From Candidatus Micrarchaeota archaeon (GTDB lineage Archaea; Micrarchaeota; Micrarchaeia; Norongarragalinales; SBBD01): a stretch of 17,793 nt of DNA. Shown here piece after piece: positions 1-6,127 of the stretch. The position numbers and the translations under genes are program-made. The stretch is from NCBI GenBank assembly GCA_038046605.1, contig JBBSVW010000053.1:1-17793 (forward strand). Reading direction: 5' to 3'. The notes beneath the pieces are model-generated. The model saw only the letters and a program-made list of their open reading frames with translations. It had not been told where the DNA came from and made no database searches. Positions within the stretch are counted from its first letter, which is position 1. Each line of letters opens with the position of its first letter.

Positions 1-256
1 CATGCACGCGGTCATGGCGGATGCAAAGCCGCCGATAGTTTACCTGAATGATGTCAGCAGAAAAATCATAGCGGGAGTGGAAGCCATCAATAAACAAGAT
101 ATTGTTGCAGGCTACACCTTTGATGCGGGCCCAAATGCGCATATTTACACCCTTGATGAAAATGTTTCGGGGGTCAAAAAGATGCTCGCGGGAATTTCCG
201 GCATTCGCAAAACAATCGTGTGCAGGGTGGGGAGCGGGCCCAGGATTTTAGGTTAG
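1..256 (+). CDS. mvaD: Diphosphomevalonate decarboxylase, C-terminal fragment (5' truncated by window)
   Basis: Motifs MHAVMAD..PPIVYLNDVS..II, YTFDAGPNAH and terminal VGSGP match the C-terminus of MVD1/MvaD-type GHMP decarboxylases; next to PMK and IDI-2. Confidence 0.9.
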   Translation, partial: MHAVMADAKPPIVYLNDVSRKIIAGVEAINKQDIVAGYTFDAGPNAHIYTLDENVSGVKKMLAGISGIRKTIVCRVGSGPRILG

Positions 257-259
257 GAG

Positions 260-267
260 TTTTTTTT
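260..267 (+). terminator. Possible oligo-T terminator after mvaD
   Basis: T8 run starting 4 nt after the TAG stop. Confidence 0.35.
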
Positions 268-362
268 AAAAATGGCGTTTTGGAATAATATTTGTGTGTT
301 GCTATGGGTTGTGCCCAGTTGAAAATGAATTTTCAGATTCCTTTTTTCATATCGTGAACCAA

Positions 363-1499
363 ATGAAATCATTTTGCGCATCCGCGCCAGGAAAAGTCAT
401 GTGGCTTGGGGGCTATAGCGTGCTCGAGAAGGGGAATGCATCGCTTGTAACTCCAATGGCTGCCCGGGCAAGGGCCTTTTGCGCATTATTGCCAAGGGAA
501 AAAGGCGGCGCAAGGGCAGTTTTAAAATCTCCCCAATTTGGGATAAATTTGGATGGGAAAATAGGGGCAAATGGAAAAATTAACTTTGCCAGGGCTTCGG
601 TTTCTTCATTGCATTCCGCAAGGTTCATCCTTTCCGCATCTGAAATATGCCTGAAATATTTCATTGCAAAAGGCCTGCCAATTTCCGGCTTCGAACTTTG
701 CGTTGAAAACGATGCCGCATTCGGGAAAAAGGGTGCAAAAACAGGGCTTGGAAGTTCTGCCGCCGCAACAGCCGCATCAGTTGGCGCAATATTGGGATTA
801 TTCGGAATTAACATAGCCTCGGGCTTTGGAATGCAAATTGCCCACAACCTCTCCCAAATGGCCCACTCCAAGGCGCAGGGAAAGATTGGAAGCGGATTTG
901 ACATTGCCTCCGCGGTTTACGGCCCAATAACGTATTCGCGTTACTCTTCGGATTTAGTGGAAAAAGGGTTGAAATTGAAGTGGAAAAAATTTGCTGATTT
1001 GGTGGAAAAAAGCTGGGATTGCCAAATTGCGCCAATTGCGCTTCCAAATAATTTTATTCCCCTTCTTGCTTATGCCGGAAAAAGCGCCTCCACATCGGAA
1101 ATGATTGGGAAAATTGTGAAAATGAAGGCGAAAGGCAAGCAGGACTATGCGGCATTGATCCATGAAATTGATTCCGCAAATGCGCAGGCCATTTCGGATT
1201 TGGGCAGGGGGGATATGGCAAGCTTCAAGCATCATTTCAAGGACGGAAGGCTTCCCACTAAAAAGCTGGGCGAACTTGCTGGCGCAGAAATTGAAAGCAG
1301 CGCAATGACCCGCCTAATTGAGGAATCAATGGGGCATGGCGCATTCGTTTGCAAACTGCCCGGCGCCGGCGGGGGGGATATCATTGCCGCAATTTGCCTT
1401 TCAAAAAAGGATGCGATTAGGCTTCGCGAATTCTGGAGATCAAGAAAACTAAAAGTGCTAAACGTTGGTTTTGGAAAGGAAGGATTGCTTAGGTGTTAG
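363..1499 (+). CDS. Phosphomevalonate kinase (ERG8-like GHMP kinase), 378 aa
   Basis: SAPGKVMWLGGYSVLE, KTGLGSSAAAT, AHSKAQGKIGSGFDIASAVYG and PGAGGGD motifs resemble ERG8-type PMK. ATG at 363 chosen over GTG at 294 because the GHMP motif begins right after it and GTGA lies upstream. Confidence 0.88.
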   Translation: MKSFCASAPGKVMWLGGYSVLEKGNASLVTPMAARARAFCALLPREKGGARAVLKSPQFGINLDGKIGANGKINFARASVSSLHSARFILSASEICLKYFIAKGLPISGFELCVENDAAFGKKGAKTGLGSSAAATAASVGAILGLFGINIASGFGMQIAHNLSQMAHSKAQGKIGSGFDIASAVYGPITYSRYSSDLVEKGLKLKWKKFADLVEKSWDCQIAPIALPNNFIPLLAYAGKSASTSEMIGKIVKMKAKGKQDYAALIHEIDSANAQAISDLGRGDMASFKHHFKDGRLPTKKLGELAGAEIESSAMTRLIEESMGHGAFVCKLPGAGGGDIIAAICLSKKDAIRLREFWRSRKLKVLNVGFGKEGLLRC

Positions 1500-1580
1500 G
1501 GTTTTTGATATGCCTTGAAAGCGGGTCAGCCAAAACTGTTTATATGGGGCTGAATAGCCTTTTTCCATAAAAAAAGAACC

Positions 1581-1588
1581 CTTAATAA
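1581..1588 (+). promoter_or_regulatory. Putative TATA box for fni
   Basis: CTTAATAA preceded by an A-rich BRE-like run, about 33 nt upstream of ATG 1622. Confidence 0.4.
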
Positions 1589-1621
1589 TGGCAAAAAATA
1601 GATACTATTCGTGAGCCAAAT

Positions 1622-2767
1622 ATGGGCATAGAAACCCGGAAAATGCAGCACGTTGAAATTGCGCTTAAGGAAAAGATCGAAACAACAAGGAAGGGCGGCT
1701 TTGAGGATGTGGAGTTTGCCCATTACTCCTTGCCTGAAATCAATTTCAGCGATGTGGATGCGTCCGTTTCCTTCCTCAAGCGGAAATTTTCTGCGCCCCT
1801 TATGGTGGTTTCCATGACCGGCGGCTTTGCGGAGGCGGAAAAAATCAACAAGCATTTTGCAATTGCCGCGGAAAAGGAAAACATCCCCCTGGGCCTGGGT
1901 TCCCAGCGCGTCATGCTCGAAAAGCCGGGGATGAAAAAAACATTCATGGTTCGGGATGTTGCGCCAAAGGTGTTTTTAGCGGGTAACATTGGCGCCGTGC
2001 AACTCCAGAATTATTCCAAAAAGCAAATAGAATCGCTAGTTTCTTCCATTGAGGCAAATGCGCTTTGCATCCACTTAAACCCACTTCAGGAGGCGGTGCA
2101 GCATGAGGGTGACAAGAATTGGGGGGGCGCCCTTAAGCAGATCGAAAAGGTTTGTGATTACCTGGATGTTCCCGTAATTGCCAAGGAAACCGGCGCGGGC
2201 ATTAACGGCGAAGTGGCTAAGCAATTGGAGGATGCGGGGGTTGCCGCAATTGATGTTTCCGGAGTTGGCGGGACTTCCTGGAGCGCAATTGAGCTTTACC
2301 GGAAAGATGCAAAGGCTGGCGCGGCGTTTTGGAATTGGGGGAATGCCACTGTTGATTGCTTATTGGAATGCTCGGAAATGGTTAAAGTTCCATTGATTGC
2401 AAGCGGAGGGATCCGTTCAGGCCTCGACGTAGCAAAATCAATCCGGCTTGGTGCAACGATGGCTGGCGCAGGGCTTCCATTCATAAAGGCGCAAAATTCC
2501 GGCGGAGTGGAAGGGATCCGGAAAGAAATCCAATTGTGGAAAGAAGAGCTGCAAATTGCAATGTTCCTTACGAGAAGCAAAACTCTTTTTGATTTGAAAA
2601 AGGCGAAACTGCAGGATGATTGCTGCTGCGATGAGGGGGAATGCTGCAGCGGAAAAGAATGCAATGATGATGAGGAATGTTGCGGAGGGAATGGATGCAA
2701 AGATAATGAGGACTGCTGCAAGGGCGGGAAATGCTGCGATGATGACTGCAAGGATGGCAAGTGCTGA
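1622..2767 (+). CDS. fni: Type 2 isopentenyl-diphosphate delta-isomerase (FMN-dependent IDI-2) with Cys/Asp-rich C-terminal extension
   Basis: RKxxHV, SMTGG, GLGSQR, NIGAVQL, HLNPLQEAVQ.EGD, KETGAG, GGTSW and ASGGIRSGLD motifs. Confidence 0.95.
   Translation: MGIETRKMQHVEIALKEKIETTRKGGFEDVEFAHYSLPEINFSDVDASVSFLKRKFSAPLMVVSMTGGFAEAEKINKHFAIAAEKENIPLGLGSQRVMLEKPGMKKTFMVRDVAPKVFLAGNIGAVQLQNYSKKQIESLVSSIEANALCIHLNPLQEAVQHEGDKNWGGALKQIEKVCDYLDVPVIAKETGAGINGEVAKQLEDAGVAAIDVSGVGGTSWSAIELYRKDAKAGAAFWNWGNATVDCLLECSEMVKVPLIASGGIRSGLDVAKSIRLGATMAGAGLPFIKAQNSGGVEGIRKEIQLWKEELQIAMFLTRSKTLFDLKKAKLQDDCCCDEGECCSGKECNDDEECCGGNGCKDNEDCCKGGKCCDDDCKDGKC
2630..2767 (+). repeat. Degenerate 36-nt tandem repeat (3 units plus a partial) encoding the Cys-rich tail of IDI-2
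   Basis: Units start at 2630, 2666, 2702 and 2738: DEGECCSGKECN / DDEECCGGNGCK / DNEDCCKGGKCC / DDDCKDGKC. Confidence 0.8.
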
Positions 2768-2815
2768 TTAATATTTTTTCAGACCTAATTTGGCGCAATT
2801 TCTTAACTCTAATTT

Positions 2816-2932
2816 ATTCGCAGAGGTAAATAAGGGGGAGGCGGCGATGTTGGAATTGCCAAACAATTCCTACATGAGTAGACGCAAAGTCTACGTGACA
2901 CGTGGTGGGGGCTTAGCCCCCATGGGGTGTCA
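2816..2932 (+). repeat. Dispersed structured intergenic repeat, copy 1 (long form, three hairpins)
   Basis: ATTCGCAGAGGTAAATAAGGGGGAGGCGGCGA matches copy 2 at 26/32 ungapped, then a 51-nt insert, ending in TGACAC-GTG-GTGGGGGC-TTA-GCCCCCAT-GGG-GTGTCA. Confidence 0.85.
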
Positions 2933-3655
2933 GGCGTACGCGGGGTTCTCCCCCATCTCATTGTACTTCGCGTGCATGTCCTTGATCTTGTCCATGCTCG
3001 CCTTGATTTTCTCCTCAATGACGGCGCCCTCTGCAATCAGGGGCTTGACATCAACCGGGACCTTGATTATTTCGGAGAGCTTTGCAAGCAGTTTCGCGGA
3101 GCCTTTTGGCTCCATTGGCTGGGATGTCTGGATGAGGATGTTTGCAGCCGGGAACTTTTCAGCGGCGCACTCGGCAATCAATAGGCCCGAAACTCCCTGC
3201 GTTGCGCCCTCCTTGATTACCTCAATGCCCGCCTTCTTGAGCTTTTCAACCATTTCCTTGGTCGAGCCGATGCCGTAAATCTTATCCTGCGGGGTTTCCG
3301 AGGCGATGCCCGCAAGCGAGTAGATTTCCTTCACCCCTTTTTCCCTTGCGTATTTTAGGATTTTCTGGGAGAGTGCGAAGGCAACTTCTGAAGGTATCAC
3401 GAACTCGGAGAAAAGTATGATGAGGTTGTGTTTTTCAGACGCGTATATCCTTGCGGGCGAAAGCGGCACGTAATCATGGATTGGGGCAATGGGCGGGAAA
3501 TGCGAGCTTGATATGTAGCCAATTACCCGAAGGCCAAGCTTATCCGCCAGGTAGGATGCGGAAATTGTCCCAATCATCCCAATCCCGGGAAAGCCCTCGA
3601 TCATTATTGCATTTTTCAGCTTTACCTTTTCCACTTCGCGGATTTCAACTATCAT
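2930..3655 (-). CDS. PAC2 family proteasome assembly chaperone (PbaA/PbaB-like)
   Basis: IEGFPGIGMIGTISASYL, SSHFPP, PARIY, GVSGLLI and P.PKGSA motifs; C-terminal penultimate Tyr; SD AGGTGA upstream. Confidence 0.9.
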   Translation of the reverse strand: MIVEIREVEKVKLKNAIMIEGFPGIGMIGTISASYLADKLGLRVIGYISSSHFPPIAPIHDYVPLSPARIYASEKHNLIILFSEFVIPSEVAFALSQKILKYAREKGVKEIYSLAGIASETPQDKIYGIGSTKEMVEKLKKAGIEVIKEGATQGVSGLLIAECAAEKFPAANILIQTSQPMEPKGSAKLLAKLSEIIKVPVDVKPLIAEGAVIEEKIKASMDKIKDMHAKYNEMGENPAYA

Positions 3656-3669
3656 GGGCCTTCACCTGA

Positions 3670-4554
3670 TCAAAATATTGCCGCGCCCTTCAAAAGGTTG
3701 AATAGCAATATGCTTGATGGCGCCAGCATACAAAAATAAACGGGCGCCTTTTTAAGCTTCCCTTCCTGCATCGCAATGAAGGCGCTTGCTAAAATCGAGA
3801 GGAGGAATAGGTAGATTTGGATGGAAATTGCAATTGTGGGCAGCAAATAAGCGCTGCTTTGCGGCTTTCCAAAAATGCCAAAATCAAAATCAAGGTTCAT
3901 GCCGGCAATTGCGCCAAGCAAAAGGCCCAAAATTGCGGGCACCAGTATTCCTGCCGCTCCAAGGACGGTGTATTTTTGCAATGACAGCGCCGAGGCCAAT
4001 TCCCGTTGCAATGCGTGCATTTCGAGGATGTCACTGGCAATCCCCCCAAGTGGCTGCATCAACTCCTCGCCGGATTCATAGGCTTCAAGGAGCATGGAAA
4101 TTGCGCGTTTTAGCAGGGGCGAATTATTGTCATTTGAAATTTCCAAAAGCGCCTGGTCCGCACCATAGCCCGCGGAAATCATATTGTGCGCTTTTTTGAA
4201 TTCCCTTCCAAGCGGGGAATCCCTCCTTGCGGATTCCTCGATTATTTTTTCCATCGGGGTATTTTGTGGATAGGATGAGATTTGGAAAAGCGCCCCTGGA
4301 AGGTCGCTATCGATATCTTTTTGCTTTTTGTCCTTGAGGTAGCCGAGGAGCGAGTAGAGCAAGGATGGGGGGAGGATGAACACGGATATGGGGATTAGGA
4401 ATTCGAGCGGGAAGGGAAATGCTAGAAGGAAATGGATGGCAATTCCAATAGCCCCGGAAATGCCCCCTAAAAGTAAAATTAGCTCCTTGAAATCCTTCCT
4501 AATGCCAATGCTTTCCAGCTCCTCAAAAAACAGTTTTTCCCGCATAGCTTCCAA
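3670..4554 (-). CDS. Type II secretion system F family (TadC/FlaJ-like) membrane platform protein
   Basis: Two N-terminal TM segments, then DIDSDLPGALFQIS...LGREFKKA...G...AL...LLKRAISMLLEAYESG, then three C-terminal TM segments. Start is either TTG 4554 or ATG 4545. Confidence 0.82.
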   Translation of the reverse strand: MEAMREKLFFEELESIGIRKDFKELILLLGGISGAIGIAIHFLLAFPFPLEFLIPISVFILPPSLLYSLLGYLKDKKQKDIDSDLPGALFQISSYPQNTPMEKIIEESARRDSPLGREFKKAHNMISAGYGADQALLEISNDNNSPLLKRAISMLLEAYESGEELMQPLGGIASDILEMHALQRELASALSLQKYTVLGAAGILVPAILGLLLGAIAGMNLDFDFGIFGKPQSSAYLLPTIAISIQIYLFLLSILASAFIAMQEGKLKKAPVYFCMLAPSSILLFNLLKGAAIF

Positions 4555-4679
4555 CTATTGAAAGCCTCCGGAATGTTGCTGAATGGAAAAAAATATAATT
4601 GCGATGGTTTTGGGAAACTATTGGCGGGTAAATCAAGTGTAAAAATCGGGACAATACGTTGCCGTTCTAGGCATGATTC

Positions 4680-5981
4680 CTATGGGTGGGAGCGGTTCAT
4701 CACTCTTGGGAATGGGATTGCATCGCGGATATGCTCAAGCTTGCAAACCCACCTGACAAGGCGCTCCATTCCTAATCCGAAGCCGGAGTGCGGCACGCTT
4801 CCGTACCTTCGCAAATCGAGGTACCATTCGTAGGCGGAAACATCCGCGCCATCCTCCTTCAATCTGGCAATCAATTTATCCACATCCTCCTCGCGCTGGG
4901 AGCCGCCGATGATTTCCCCATAGCCTTCCGGAGCCAGGCAATCGTTGTTTTTCACAAGCTTTGGGTTGTCCGGATCTTCCTTCATGTAAAATGCCTTGAT
5001 GGCTTTTGGGTAATGGGTGATGAAAATTGGGACCGTCCTTTCGGCCGTCAGTACCCTTTCGTCCTCCGTCCCCAAATCATCCCCCCATTTGATTTCGCTT
5101 TTCTTTTTCTGGAGTATGCCGATTGCCTCATCGTATTTCAGGCGCTCGAAGGGCGGCACTATTTTTATCATTTCAGCAGGATCCCGCCCCAGGAATTTTA
5201 GCTCCTTTGCACGATCGGTTGCCGCCTTGTGGCATACGTGCGAAATCAGCCCCTCCTCGAGTGATAGCATATCGGCCAAATCCGCATGCGCAGCCTCCGC
5301 TTCCACATGCCAATATTCCGCCAAATGGCGAAGGGTCCGGCTTTTTTCGGCGCGGAATGAGGGCGTAATGGAGTAGACTTTTCCAAGGGAGAATATGAGC
5401 GCTTCCAAATAAAGCTGGGCCGATTGGGAAAGGAATGCCTTCTTGCCAAAATAGTTCATTTCAAAAAGCGTGCTTCCTCCTTCGACCGCGCCGCTCACAA
5501 TTATCGGGGGGGTTGTTTCGTAGTATCCCTCCTGCTTGAAATATTCGCGGACTCCTTCAAGCATTGTGCCCTTGATTTTCATTGTAGCCGTTATTTCCCT
5601 GCTTCGGACCCAAAGGTGGCGGATATCCAGGAGGAATTCGGGGGAGTTATCCTTTGCGATTGGGAACGCATGCGCGGAGTGCGTCACCTTGATTTCGGAT
5701 GCAACCATTTCGAAGCCATTAGGCGCCCTTGCATCCTTTTTTACCGTGCCCTTGATTTCAACGGCGCTTTCAATCAGCGCTTTTTCCGCCGCGGAAAAAT
5801 CACTTTCGGAAACCTTGTCCTTTTTCACGGCAACTTGCATTATGTCCGTTGAATCGCGGATCACCATGAAGCACATGCCTCCGGATGTGCGCTTGCGGTA
5901 CACCCATCCGCGGATATGCGCCTCCTTCCCTTCCATGGATTCCATTTGGAGTGATTCGATTGGTGCAAAGTGCTGTTTCAT
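4680..5981 (-). CDS. asnS: Asparagine--tRNA ligase, 433 aa
   Basis: N-terminal OB fold (IRGWVYRKR), SQSAQLYLE, FRAEKSRTLRHLAEYWHVEAE, GEIIGGSQRE, YEWYLDLRRYGSVPHSGFGLGMER. ATG 5981 preferred to TTG 6011. Confidence 0.95.
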   Translation of the reverse strand: MKQHFAPIESLQMESMEGKEAHIRGWVYRKRTSGGMCFMVIRDSTDIMQVAVKKDKVSESDFSAAEKALIESAVEIKGTVKKDARAPNGFEMVASEIKVTHSAHAFPIAKDNSPEFLLDIRHLWVRSREITATMKIKGTMLEGVREYFKQEGYYETTPPIIVSGAVEGGSTLFEMNYFGKKAFLSQSAQLYLEALIFSLGKVYSITPSFRAEKSRTLRHLAEYWHVEAEAAHADLADMLSLEEGLISHVCHKAATDRAKELKFLGRDPAEMIKIVPPFERLKYDEAIGILQKKKSEIKWGDDLGTEDERVLTAERTVPIFITHYPKAIKAFYMKEDPDNPKLVKNNDCLAPEGYGEIIGGSQREEDVDKLIARLKEDGADVSAYEWYLDLRRYGSVPHSGFGLGMERLVRWVCKLEHIRDAIPFPRVMNRSHP

Positions 5982-6029
5982 TGTCAATTCCTTAAAATTT
6001 TCAGAGCCCAAAATAGCCAGATTTATTTA

Positions 6030-6095
6030 ATTCGCAAAAGTAAATAAAGGGGTAGAGGCGACACGCGTAGGGGATTTAATCCCCTAGAGGTGTCA
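6030..6095 (+). repeat. Dispersed structured intergenic repeat, copy 2 (short form)
   Basis: ATTCGCAAAAGTAAATAAAGGGGTAGAGGC-GACAC-GCG-TAGGGGAT-TTA-ATCCCCTA-GAG-GTGTC-A. Confidence 0.85.
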
Positions 6096-6098
6096 GAA

Positions 6099-6106
6099 AT
6101 ATAAAC
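6099..6106 (+). promoter_or_regulatory. Putative TATA box, probably leaderless transcript for 6128..8245
   Basis: ATATAAAC ends 21 nt before ATG 6128; no SD motif. Confidence 0.45.
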
Positions 6107-6127
6107 TTCCTTCGTTTTGCTATTAGC

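Noticed and set aside
294-362. Longer ORF-track starts for PMK (294), and likewise asnS (6011), antitoxin (8600), Pcc1 (9504) and the coiled-coil protein (16763)
   Set aside because: The extensions have no family-like sequence or overlap neighbouring genes; downstream ATGs fit SD motifs, ATGA coupling or domain starts better
2296-2760. 154-aa antisense ORF with S/Q/H/P repeats
   Set aside because: Mirror of the Cys-rich tail and body of fni on the opposite strand
2816-2932. Possible CRISPR mini-array, tRNA or known ribozyme
   Set aside because: No identical direct repeats with spacers, no cloverleaf or T-loop consensus, and no hammerhead core (CUGAnGA...GAAA) seen; a covariance-model search is needed to exclude other families
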